Positions 25,567 through 33,988 of a stretch of 39,732 nt of DNA are shown piece by piece (within the stretch, counting starts at the first letter, position 1; each line of letters opens with the position of its first letter). The stretch lies in the IMG/VR virus record IMGVR_UViG_3300009068_004212, positions 1 to 39,732 of that record; one strand, 5' to 3'. The translations under genes and the position numbers were made by a program. The notes under the pieces were generated by a model, which was given only the letters and a program-made list of their open reading frames with translations, ran no database searches and was not told where the DNA came from. This DNA comes from a virus. Taxonomy: Duplodnaviria; Caudoviricetes.

Positions 25567-26016
25567 ATGAAATTTGAGAACGAAATTCTTTCTGAATCCT
25601 CCAAGGAGATTTCCATGTCTGTTCTTTCCGCTGCTGTTTCTTCTTATTCCTACGATATCCACTCCTTCTCTGACCTCTATAAAGAAGCCAACGGTTGGCG
25701 CCCGGGCGCTCACTACTATGAGTGGTTGGAAGTTGCCAGCCCCGCTGAACTCCAGAAGGAGTGGGATTACCTCTGCAAGTGTGCTGATGCCCGCGAGCGC
25801 GAGCGTCAAGAAGAACAGTCTGTCGCGATGGTTCAATTCGAGGCTCAGTTGTCCAAGACCTGCGCTGACCACAAAGTCGATATCGCGACCGCCATTCGCT
25901 GGATGGATGATGCCTACGGCACTCGCGGTGACTATCAGTTTCTTGATTATTACCTCGGGGTTCCGTACGGCACGATTGAGAAAAAGCTGGGGCTCAAGCC
26001 TCTGAACGTGGGCTAA
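25567..26016 (+). CDS. conserved phage hypothetical protein (RBS-led start 25615)
   Basis: SDLYKEANGWRP...TAIRW...Y.LGVPYG. Confidence 0.7.
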   Translation: MKFENEILSESSKEISMSVLSAAVSSYSYDIHSFSDLYKEANGWRPGAHYYEWLEVASPAELQKEWDYLCKCADARERERQEEQSVAMVQFEAQLSKTCADHKVDIATAIRWMDDAYGTRGDYQFLDYYLGVPYGTIEKKLGLKPLNVG

Positions 26017-26132
26017 GGGGGATACCACAATGTTTACTGCCATCGATTTTGTTGAATTCAATTCCATCGTCACCATCGGGTGCGTCTTTTTTATCATACT
26101 CTATCTCCGTGAATCCAAATAAGGAAACCACT

Positions 26133-26306
26133 ATGAAAGCAAGCAAACTCACCAAGCTCCTGCTCCAAGCGAAAGAGCAAGCGCGAAACCTCGGCGACGA
26201 AAACCTCGTGGCTCTGCTCAGTGAAGCCTGGGAAATCCACAGCAACCTTGATAACAAGGTCACCGAGATGACTCTGGCGTTGGAAGTTTACAATCGTTAT
26301 CGTTAA
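26133..26306 (+). CDS. hypothetical protein
   Basis: AAGGA RBS. Confidence 0.6.
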   Translation: MKASKLTKLLLQAKEQARNLGDENLVALLSEAWEIHSNLDNKVTEMTLALEVYNRYR

Positions 26307-26326
26307 TAAAAGAGAGGAATTTTACT

Positions 26327-26578
26327 ATGTCTAAAATGGCTGACCTTGATATTACTATCCAAGAAATGCTTCTGGAGGGGGCTGAACCGGCGGTTATCGC
26401 CAAGGTTCTGAATGTTCCCATGGAATGGGTTGAGGCAACTATGGTTTCGATGGAGCCGGAATCCGGCGACGAAAGTTTCGATGTTTTTGATCTCGACCTC
26501 GATGTTCACGCCTTAGCTCGGCTGGAGTGGTGCTGGAGCCCGGAAGAGGATTATGGTCACTATGAGGCGGATTTTTAA
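26327..26578 (+). CDS. hypothetical protein, paralog of 16776-16940
   Basis: GAGGA RBS; IQEMLLEG...VPMEWV. Confidence 0.7.
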   Translation: MSKMADLDITIQEMLLEGAEPAVIAKVLNVPMEWVEATMVSMEPESGDESFDVFDLDLDVHALARLEWCWSPEEDYGHYEADF

Positions 26579-26579
26579 T

Positions 26580-26780
26580 ATGAAAGACAATAACGAGGAC
26601 CGCGTGATTGAACTCGAATTTGCCATCCGCGAGATGGTTCATCAGACTTATGGGCTGATTGATGTTCTGAAGGATATGCCAGCCTCGCCGGCTGCCCAAA
26701 AGATTACCATTGGCTTTCTGGAGCAGATCGCGGAGATTGGCGCCAAAGCCCTTTTTGAGGGCGAGGAAGGAGAAATGTAA
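26580..26780 (+). CDS. hypothetical protein
   Basis: Coupled ORF. Confidence 0.6.
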   Translation: MKDNNEDRVIELEFAIREMVHQTYGLIDVLKDMPASPAAQKITIGFLEQIAEIGAKALFEGEEGEM

Positions 26781-27004
26781 TGCCCTATACGCTCAACCAC
26801 TCGCATATCAAGCCTGGAATGGTGATTGAACTCCTCAATCACCCAGGCGATCCTTTTTATGTGACTCGCGTGGAATTCGGGAATGACGACTGCACCTATG
26901 TCTACGGAAATCTGGAGGGATTCCATGATCGCGGACCTTACGCTTGCGTCCAAGTCTTTCATTTTTACGGAAACGACCGAGTTCAAGTCATAAGTGAACC
27001 CTAA
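26780..27004 (+). CDS. hypothetical protein, paralog of 22258-22479
   Basis: AAGGAG RBS, TAATG coupling. Confidence 0.65.
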   Translation: MPYTLNHSHIKPGMVIELLNHPGDPFYVTRVEFGNDDCTYVYGNLEGFHDRGPYACVQVFHFYGNDRVQVISEP

Positions 27005-27021
27005 AAGACAATTTTCTTATA

Positions 27022-27263
27022 AATCAATCACTTGGATACATGTGCATACCTGTCACTCAGAGGCGGTTTTCGTTAAAAATCAATAATTTACGGAAAAAAT
27101 GCCGAAAGAAATCTTTTTCGCACTATCATAGTCGTGCAAATGCTCAAAAATCGGCGTTTTTCGGCTTTTTCGGTCAAAATTTCAGTAAAATCAGTCATTT
27201 ATCGTAAATTATTGATATTTTTAGAGTTTTTTTGCTGTTTTTCGGTTTTCAAATGCGTATACT
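27022..27263 (+). repeat. intergenic module D
   Basis: Boxes 27022, 27078, 27189, 27205; -10 TATACT 27258. Confidence 0.75.
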
Positions 27264-27269
27264 GAAAGC

Positions 27270-27431
27270 ATGAAATTCCAAACGAAAGCAGAGAGCCTTA
27301 TGTCCAAAGCCGAAGTCTTTTTTTCTTATATCGCCTATGCTAATTCGCTGAAATCCTCTTCTTTTGAAGAAGCCTATTTCACGCTTTCCGAGCTGAATGC
27401 GCTTGAAGAATATCTTGAGCGCCAAGGATAA
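27270..27431 (+). CDS. small hypothetical protein
   Basis: ATG 6 nt after TATACT; in-frame ATG 27300. Confidence 0.5.
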   Translation: MKFQTKAESLMSKAEVFFSYIAYANSLKSSSFEEAYFTLSELNALEEYLERQG

Positions 27432-27443
27432 GGAGTGTTTCTT

Positions 27444-27548
27444 ATGAATTCCGAAGAATTTGATTTTTCTGATCTGTCTGAAGCAGAGACTGCTGAGTTG
27501 AACGCTTGGTTAGATTCGATTGAATCTTCACGCGAGGAGGAAAATTAA
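27444..27548 (+). CDS. small acidic peptide
   Basis: AAGGAG RBS; MNSEEFDFSDLSEAETAELNAWLD. Confidence 0.55.
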   Translation: MNSEEFDFSDLSEAETAELNAWLDSIESSREEEN

Positions 27549-27550
27549 AA

Positions 27551-27736
27551 ATGGCGTTTAAGCCGACACCGCCAACGCATTATTGCCAGGCCTGTGGAAA
27601 GGCCCTTTGGAATAATCGTTGGCCCTATGCCCTATGCAGAGAGTGCGGAAAAAAATCTTGTCCTCACGGCAAAAAAATCGGCGCTTGCAACCACTGCGAT
27701 ATCGAATCGGATATCGCCTATGATTCTAAATTTTAG
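27551..27736 (+). CDS. Cys-rich zinc-finger protein
   Basis: CQAC, CREC, CPHG, CNHC. Confidence 0.65.
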   Translation: MAFKPTPPTHYCQACGKALWNNRWPYALCRECGKKSCPHGKKIGACNHCDIESDIAYDSKF

Positions 27737-27744
27737 GAGAAATT

Positions 27745-27918
27745 ATGCGTATTGGTCTTATTGAAGTCGCTACCCTTATTTTGTTTTTATCAATTATTCT
27801 TTTTGCAAATAAATATGCAAACGAAACACTTCGCGAAAAATGCGAAGAATCTGGTGGAACCTTTTTGTTTTCACCATCTTCTTCCAAGAGTCTCTGTGAA
27901 TTGCCTAAAAAGAATTAA
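27745..27918 (+). CDS. small membrane protein
   Basis: AGGAG RBS, N-terminal hydrophobic helix, C...GG...C. Confidence 0.55.
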   Translation: MRIGLIEVATLILFLSIILFANKYANETLREKCEESGGTFLFSPSSSKSLCELPKKN

Positions 27919-27927
27919 GGAAAGAAA

Positions 27928-28182
27928 ATGAATGTTTTTCTTATTAAAGGCGTCCTTGCGGATTATTCCACTGGATGCATTTTGATTAAAGCCGAAAGCA
28001 TCCTGCAGGCTCGCGTTTGCTTTAAAGAGTGGCTGAGCGAGACCTTTGATGAAAAGGATGTTGATGAGGAATTGTATTATTTTGACGAGTCGGTTAAATC
28101 GAATAAGTATATCGAAATGATGATCGACAAAAAAGATTCGAAGCCTGTTGGCGTAATTCATGCTCAATGGGGAGGCTCATAG
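27928..28182 (+). CDS. hypothetical protein
   Basis: AAGGA RBS; VLADYSTG...WGGS. Confidence 0.65.
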   Translation: MNVFLIKGVLADYSTGCILIKAESILQARVCFKEWLSETFDEKDVDEELYYFDESVKSNKYIEMMIDKKDSKPVGVIHAQWGGS

Positions 28183-28188
28183 TTTTCT

Positions 28189-28225
28189 TATAAATAACTC
28201 CTGTATATAAAAGTGCAGGAGTTAT
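28189..28225 (+). promoter_or_regulatory. late promoter TATAAATA overlapping an RBS-sequestering hairpin
   Basis: TATAAATA 28189-28196; ATAACTCCTG 28194-28203 pairs with CAGGAGTTAT 28216-28225. Confidence 0.8.
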
Positions 28226-28226
28226 C

Positions 28227-30458
28227 ATGTCTACATATTCAAGGTTAGGAACGATAGGAACGGTTGGAGATTTTTTAACCTCAGTTCCTACAGGTTCAGT
28301 ATCCGTTGCTCAATTCGGCGCGAAGGGTGATGGGGTAACGGACGATACCGAAGCAATTCAAGCAACAATCGAGTTTGTAAAAAGTTTTGGAAGAGGAGAG
28401 ATTTTCTTTCCCACAGGCACATATATCATCAGCAGCCCGATCATATTTTACTCTAATATGATTATTAGAGGAAATGGAAGAGAAGCGACCAAAATTCATA
28501 GTCAACAATATAGCGCAAATACCGAAGGACAATTTTTTGGCAGCAACAGTGGTGAAAATTACATGTTTACATGTTCGCCAATTAATGACGCAGATTTTGT
28601 CACCTTCAAAGATTTCAGCCTCAGAGGACCTGGACTCAATGCATCGTGGGGTCAGGGAATATATATGGCAAGAACAGGAAACAATAGACACAATACTTTT
28701 GAAAATATTGTTCTTGAGGAATTTGCGGGAAATGCAATCAAGATTGATACGCCAATCTTAACCAATTTTAAAAATGTGAGAGCTAGATATTGTGCTGGAA
28801 CAGGATATTACATGAATGGAGGAACCAGTGCATGTTTTGATAATTGTTTTGCTACCTCATGTTTAGAAGCAGGATTTAGATTTTATGGGCATACCTATGC
28901 ATATATTTCAGGAGGGGGATCTGAAAATAATGGTGTGGCCTATAGATTAGATTTATGCAATAATATGGTTTTTATTGGAACTGGTTGTGAGGGAATGAAA
29001 TATAGATCGACAAAATATCCAGGCGTTGGATATTGGCTTTCGAACGGAAGAAATAATACGATAATATCATCATATGCGTCAAGATTTTCTGAAGATAGTA
29101 CAATATTTAATGCTGGAACGGTTAAAACTGTATCAGCAAATACTCCTTTTTCCGCTGGAGTAACAAATTTAAAACTTAATACGGATTATATAGAAAATTT
29201 TGTTAGTTATAATGAATTGTCTTATTGGAATATTTCCGGTCAAGGTATAGATGTAGGAACATATATTCTAACAGCATCCGCGGTATCGAATACTCAATAT
29301 AATGTGGTATTGTCAACCCCAACTATTGACGATGGGGGAGATATCGAACTAAGTCAGTATTTAACTTTATCCGAGTTTGGTCGTCCAGAAAATACTTTTC
29401 TTAAATTTCAAAATGAGAATAATGACACTGTTATTGGATTTAGAGGAAATATGCCAACAGGAAGAAGTACTGCTCAATCATACAGGGCACGACATAATTA
29501 CAAATTAACTAATGGCGATTTAAATGATAGTCCAGGGAGTGTAGTTACATTTATTAATGTAACTTTCCCATATCAAACATTGAATTGGTTATCTCAAAGC
29601 GGCGCTCCTATATATTCTCCTATTGGACTTCCTGAACCAATAATTAAATCAGTTCCGGTAAGACAAACTGTATTAAGTGGACCTAAAGAATCTTCTGGTA
29701 AACCAAGTTTTTTGAGTTCGACCAGTGCGTCTTTAACAATAACAACAACTGGATTGACAAGTAATTTTCCATTGATTGTAACTGCATCCAATGGTTGGTA
29801 TGCTGCTGATAGTAGCCCAACGACCAGGGCATTTTATACGAATGGAGGATCTAAAGATTTAACGGGATTTACAACAAATAATATTTCTTGGACGCTTCCG
29901 CCTAGTGCAACTAGCTATTTATATGTAACAGTTAATGTTGATGGAAGTCTCACAACAGGAAACACAACTCTCGCTCCAGTATATCAATATCATGGAACGC
30001 CTAATGTTACATCAGAACAATCGACATTCAATATTCAAGAAATGATAATGTATGTGGGTGATGGTACTACAGCAAATCAATCTTATAGAGTTTTTGTGGG
30101 TGAGGCGATTACGAATGCGACAACAGTAACTTCTGCTAATTCATATTCTTATATGGGAAGATATTCGGGAACATCCACAACTCTAACAGCAGCCAGTCCA
30201 TATCAATTCGATCACAACATAGGAACAATACCGTATGTGATTGATGCATCATTGATTAATGAAACAGCCGAACTTGGATATACCAAAGGAGATATTTGCA
30301 AATTCACTGATGGAATGACCGGACCCGGTGTGACGAGAAAATTAATTCGGCTGAGAACTGCCGCTTCAGCGCCAAATATAGTCTCAATGGTCTCCGGAAC
30401 TGGGCAAATCACATATGGCAGCTGGAAAATTAGGGTAGCGGTCGATAGAGGTTGGTGA
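28227..30458 (+). CDS. tailspike/depolymerase-like protein (pectate-lyase-3 type right-handed beta-helix)
   Basis: SVAQFGAKGDGVTDDTEAIQA, IFFPTGTYII, Asn/Gly beta-helix repeats; Thr-rich C-terminal fibre domain. Confidence 0.8.
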   Translation: MSTYSRLGTIGTVGDFLTSVPTGSVSVAQFGAKGDGVTDDTEAIQATIEFVKSFGRGEIFFPTGTYIISSPIIFYSNMIIRGNGREATKIHSQQYSANTEGQFFGSNSGENYMFTCSPINDADFVTFKDFSLRGPGLNASWGQGIYMARTGNNRHNTFENIVLEEFAGNAIKIDTPILTNFKNVRARYCAGTGYYMNGGTSACFDNCFATSCLEAGFRFYGHTYAYISGGGSENNGVAYRLDLCNNMVFIGTGCEGMKYRSTKYPGVGYWLSNGRNNTIISSYASRFSEDSTIFNAGTVKTVSANTPFSAGVTNLKLNTDYIENFVSYNELSYWNISGQGIDVGTYILTASAVSNTQYNVVLSTPTIDDGGDIELSQYLTLSEFGRPENTFLKFQNENNDTVIGFRGNMPTGRSTAQSYRARHNYKLTNGDLNDSPGSVVTFINVTFPYQTLNWLSQSGAPIYSPIGLPEPIIKSVPVRQTVLSGPKESSGKPSFLSSTSASLTITTTGLTSNFPLIVTASNGWYAADSSPTTRAFYTNGGSKDLTGFTTNNISWTLPPSATSYLYVTVNVDGSLTTGNTTLAPVYQYHGTPNVTSEQSTFNIQEMIMYVGDGTTANQSYRVFVGEAITNATTVTSANSYSYMGRYSGTSTTLTAASPYQFDHNIGTIPYVIDASLINETAELGYTKGDICKFTDGMTGPGVTRKLIRLRTAASAPNIVSMVSGTGQITYGSWKIRVAVDRGW

Positions 30459-30471
30459 TTATTTTCAATAA

Positions 30472-30702
30472 AATCAATAACTTACGTTGAATCACATTTA
30501 GTTCACTCCGAATGCTTTTTGTAAGAAAATCAAGCACTTACGGAAAATCTGCCGAATGTAATTAGCCCGAGCAAGGTCAAGACTCACGAAACTTAAAATT
30601 CCGTTATTTTGAGTAAAACTTAAAGAAAAACAATCAGTTATAGCAAGCCATTGAATTTTTTAGTATTCTTTTGATTGCACAATCTTTGGAATTCTCTATA
30701 CT
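30472..30702 (+). repeat. intergenic module E
   Basis: Boxes 30472, 30528, 30628, 30644; -10 TATACT 30697. Confidence 0.8.
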
Positions 30703-30708
30703 GTTCAC

Positions 30709-31011
30709 ATGTTCTTTTTACGGAGTTTTCCAAAAGTGATTTCCTACTACTCCTCTTACGCTGTTCCGCACGCCGCTTTCAACAAAGCGGTAGCTGAAGG
30801 CTACTCCATTTTCGATACCATCGTCCTCGAAAGTCCCGAGGAAGTAAAATTCAAGGTGTTCGCATTCGCCAGTGCCGCCGCACAGGCGTTCCTCGGGGCT
30901 GGATGCAAACTCGTCCTCGACCTTAAATTCACTCCCGCTGAATTCGAAAAGAGCAAAGCCGCTTTGCTCGCGAACTCTATCGAAACCAACATCGAAGGTG
31001 AGCCAATCTAA
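30709..31011 (+). CDS. hypothetical protein
   Basis: ATG 6 nt after TATACT. Confidence 0.6.
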   Translation: MFFLRSFPKVISYYSSYAVPHAAFNKAVAEGYSIFDTIVLESPEEVKFKVFAFASAAAQAFLGAGCKLVLDLKFTPAEFEKSKAALLANSIETNIEGEPI

Positions 31012-31190
31012 TGCAAATCCAAATTTCCTTTTCTAAAGGCTTTTCGATTAAAACCTCTGTCAAAAATATTGGGCAAGTCCTTTCTTACGATGATGCTGAA
31101 ATCGTTCTCAATCTTTTGAATTTCCGAGTCTGTGAATCGATACAGTCGAAACAGAACGGAGTTTCTTATTCCGTAAAGGTGATTCAATAA
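31011..31190 (+). CDS. hypothetical protein (59 aa)
   Basis: TAATG coupling at both ends. Confidence 0.55.
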   Translation: MQIQISFSKGFSIKTSVKNIGQVLSYDDAEIVLNLLNFRVCESIQSKQNGVSYSVKVIQ

Positions 31191-31393
31191 TGGATTTTAT
31201 CCAACTTCAAATTCCTTTTGAGGAACTAAATAATCTGACTCTCCGCGATGTAATGGATTTAGGAATGCTGGGAGTCGCAATTCGAATCGAAGCGGGCACG
31301 TTTCCGCTTTCGATTACAATTTTTGCTGAAACTGAAGAAGCCTTGGAAAAAGGCTGCGAGCATTTTGGTTATGAGAGGAACAAAAATGATTGA
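31190..31393 (+). CDS. hypothetical protein
   Basis: Coupled ORF. Confidence 0.6.
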   Translation: MDFIQLQIPFEELNNLTLRDVMDLGMLGVAIRIEAGTFPLSITIFAETEEALEKGCEHFGYERNKND

Positions 31394-31643
31394 GTATTAC
31401 CAGTATCAATATCGCGGATTTAAGTATCGCCCGAAAGTGACCGAGAAAAAAGGAATTCGGATTATCGAGCATGTCGTTTTGACTTCCGAGAATAAATCGT
31501 CATTTGCAGATTTTAGCCCATACTGCTTCATGAGTCAGGTGGACTTTAAAAACTATATCGATCTCGGTCTTCCCAAAAGAGCGGAAGGCATGATCAATCC
31601 ATATTCTTCAGATACTCTACGCAGGAAGATAAACAAAAAATAA
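31386..31643 (+). CDS. hypothetical protein
   Basis: GAGGA RBS. Confidence 0.6.
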   Translation: MIEYYQYQYRGFKYRPKVTEKKGIRIIEHVVLTSENKSSFADFSPYCFMSQVDFKNYIDLGLPKRAEGMINPYSSDTLRRKINKK

Positions 31644-31727
31644 AAGGAAAAGATTCTTTTGAGTCTTTTCATTCCTATTGACACCAGATATAGTAACTGT
31701 GTTAACAATCATAATGATTTATTGGTT

Positions 31728-31877
31728 ATGAAAACTCAAAAGATTCAAATCAAAGTACCTCACAAAAAACTCAGAGCAATTGAACTCTATGGGCACGGAA
31801 CACCTTTCAAACAGAAAATTGAAAGAAACCGAACTTCCTATACGAGAAAACAGAAACATAAAGGAGATTTTGAATGA
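31728..31877 (+). CDS. small basic protein (YTRKQKHK C-terminus)
   Basis: PFKQK...SYTRKQKHK, loosely ArfA-like phage family. Confidence 0.55.
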   Translation: MKTQKIQIKVPHKKLRAIELYGHGTPFKQKIERNRTSYTRKQKHKGDFE

Positions 31878-32101
31878 AACTGACCATGTGCGATCCACCG
31901 AGTGGTTGGAAGTATGGCTTTCCTAGAGTCATACCCGTGACTGTATTAAATCAAATGGAGAAAGAAAAGAAGGGGCTGCTCGCACCTGAATCTTTTTATC
32001 AATGGCTGAATGATTGCGGATATCCTCAGTCGCTAATTGAATCATACGGCGATCATTTTTATTGCCGTTTCTGGGAGGAAGAAAGAAATGAAATGGTATA
32101 A
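31874..32101 (+). CDS. conserved phage hypothetical protein
   Basis: CDPPSGWKYGFP...GYP. Confidence 0.7.
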   Translation: MKLTMCDPPSGWKYGFPRVIPVTVLNQMEKEKKGLLAPESFYQWLNDCGYPQSLIESYGDHFYCRFWEEERNEMV

Positions 32102-32327
32102 TAAAATTCTATGTTTTGTTTTCGAGCATCAATTAAGAATTCACAAAATCTTTTGGGATAGGACTCGAAAGGTGCAGTGTGACAGATGTAAACTACAATT
32201 CCATACGAATCTCTTTATGGAGCATTTAGAACCTTGGGACAATCATTGCGAAGAAATTTATAAGAATGATGATAGAAATTTCTTTAGTTCTTTAGATGAA
32301 AAAGATGAGGTTGTAAAATGGATCTGA
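32088..32327 (+). CDS. hypothetical protein
   Basis: GGAGG RBS; LC...H...CDRC. Confidence 0.55.
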   Translation: MKWYNKILCFVFEHQLRIHKIFWDRTRKVQCDRCKLQFHTNLFMEHLEPWDNHCEEIYKNDDRNFFSSLDEKDEVVKWI

Positions 32328-32695
32328 AAAAGTATATGGTTGAGACTGTTTCTATTTTTCGTATTCGCTATGTGGTTGAAGCCAAAGAAGCGACTCATGC
32401 TACTGATGAAGTGGTGATGAGGATGGGCGATACTCGCTTTGATGAATTCTCTCAGTATCATGTTGATGAGGTAGTATCGTCTGTTCGCGAAATTTCTGAT
32501 GAAGAATATCTTAAGACTTTTGATGAAGATAACGCTTATCTTAAGAATTGGTCTGATGAAAAGAAATTTGGATTCGTTCATCGAATTGATTATGGTGAAG
32601 AATTTCTGCAAAAATTAACTGATATTCATAAAGAACTAGATCCTCTTTGTGGTGATCCTGATTGTTGTGGAGTGTGCAATGATAATTCAAAATGA
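32318..32695 (+). CDS. conserved T4-like hypothetical protein
   Basis: YMVETVSIFRIRYVVE...EFSQ...FDEDNAYL. Confidence 0.7.
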   Translation: MDLKKYMVETVSIFRIRYVVEAKEATHATDEVVMRMGDTRFDEFSQYHVDEVVSSVREISDEEYLKTFDEDNAYLKNWSDEKKFGFVHRIDYGEEFLQKLTDIHKELDPLCGDPDCCGVCNDNSK

Positions 32696-32999
32696 AGCTC
32701 AGTGTAATAAGTGTAAGGCAATTGTATTCTCTGCTCATAGGCATGATTACAAATCTTGTGAATGTGGAGCCATTGCTGTAGATGGTGGGACAGCCTATCT
32801 AAAGCGTGTAGGCAATCCTGAAGATATTATTGAGCGTTCTATGATTCTAGATGAAAAGATTATAATCGAATGCACTAAAGCTGCTCAGTGGGGCGTTGAT
32901 ACAGGTCGGAATGCTTACGGTATTGCTCTTGCAGTCATCCGTGCTTTGCGCGATAATGACTGTCTAAACCTTGAGAAATTTGGAGCATCAAATGAATAG
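32679..32999 (+). CDS. conserved zinc-ribbon phage protein
   Basis: CNKC...HRHDYKSCECGAIAVDGG. Confidence 0.75.
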   Translation: MIIQNEAQCNKCKAIVFSAHRHDYKSCECGAIAVDGGTAYLKRVGNPEDIIERSMILDEKIIIECTKAAQWGVDTGRNAYGIALAVIRALRDNDCLNLEKFGASNE

Positions 33000-33303
33000 A
33001 GAAGATGTGATTCGGCTGGCGCAGGAGGCGGGGTTCGATGTAGAAATCGTCGGATTTTTCAACTACAAACCTCAGCATATTTTCACTGGGGTTGACGCAG
33101 ACATTCAACGCTTCGCCGCTCTAGTCGCCGCCGCCGAGCGCGAAGCGTGCGCGAACATTCTGGCCGGCAAAATCGCCCGCCACGAACAGTTCGCCAAAGA
33201 CTACGCGCTGCGCGGAGAATACGACCGAGTCAATGCCATCATGAGCACGATGTGGAAACTGTCAGAATGCGCCGATGCAATCCGCGCAAGGGGGTCAAAG
33301 TGA
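32992..33303 (+). CDS. hypothetical protein (AAAEREACA family)
   Basis: MNREDVIRLAQEAG...FAALVAAAEREACA...ADAIRARG. Confidence 0.7.
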   Translation: MNREDVIRLAQEAGFDVEIVGFFNYKPQHIFTGVDADIQRFAALVAAAEREACANILAGKIARHEQFAKDYALRGEYDRVNAIMSTMWKLSECADAIRARGSK

Positions 33304-33659
33304 TTAATTTGTGGTCTTTTGCTGAATGCGTACAAACGATTGTTATTGGTATTTTCTTTTTGTGCTATTTCCTAATAATGACAACAGCTCGGTTAGATCG
33401 AGATTACGATTCATTGCTTGACTTTAGGTGGTATGACTGGTTGTTTGGATTTGTGCTTTCATTTCTTTCAACATTGTTTATACTATGTATACTTTTTCTT
33501 GGCACTATTGCGTATGTATCGATTAACGGTTGCAAGGACTGCGAGCAGAAAGCCCAAGCATTTGAACAAGCATTTGAACAAGAATGCTTTAGTAAAGGTG
33601 GCATATTGAACAAGGCGCTCGATCCAAAACATACCACCTGTACTCTAAAAGGAGATTAA
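33300..33659 (+). CDS. membrane protein
   Basis: GTG start overlapping the previous stop; two hydrophobic helices. Confidence 0.55.
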   Translation: MINLWSFAECVQTIVIGIFFLCYFLIMTTARLDRDYDSLLDFRWYDWLFGFVLSFLSTLFILCILFLGTIAYVSINGCKDCEQKAQAFEQAFEQECFSKGGILNKALDPKHTTCTLKGD

Positions 33660-33660
33660 A

Positions 33661-33906
33661 ATGGAAGTAATGATTAAACTAGATGAAGATCAGGTCGACC
33701 GAATCGTGGTCGATGAAATTAAGAACGCTATTGCCTTGCTTGAGATGGAACTAGATAACCGCAATCGAAATGGCAATTCTTTTGGTATCTTTACCAGCGA
33801 CAAAGAAAAAGATATTGTCGAAATTGAGAATCATCTTCTTGCTATGAAGACGACTCTCAATTGGTTTGAACCTCGTTGGATGCGAGATGAAAACTTTTAT
33901 TTCTAA
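33661..33906 (+). CDS. hypothetical protein
   Basis: AAGGAG RBS. Confidence 0.65.
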   Translation: MEVMIKLDEDQVDRIVVDEIKNAIALLEMELDNRNRNGNSFGIFTSDKEKDIVEIENHLLAMKTTLNWFEPRWMRDENFYF

Positions 33907-33988
33907 TACTCTCATCAAAGCTCTTCGAAATTTATCAGAAGAAGTTCAGTCTATGGCTTTATCATACAATTTTTTGGTGAAAAAATGA
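33887..33988 (+). pseudogene. truncated duplicate of the 5' end of 34653-34838
   Basis: TLIKALRNLSEEVQS vs TLIKALRILSEDVQS; ~45 nt near-identical. Confidence 0.6.

Noticed and set aside
16292-30702. CRISPR array or insertion sequences as explanation for the repeated modules
   Set aside because: Copies are kilobases apart and degenerate, with no repeat-spacer periodicity, no cas or transposase gene and no terminal inverted repeats with target duplications
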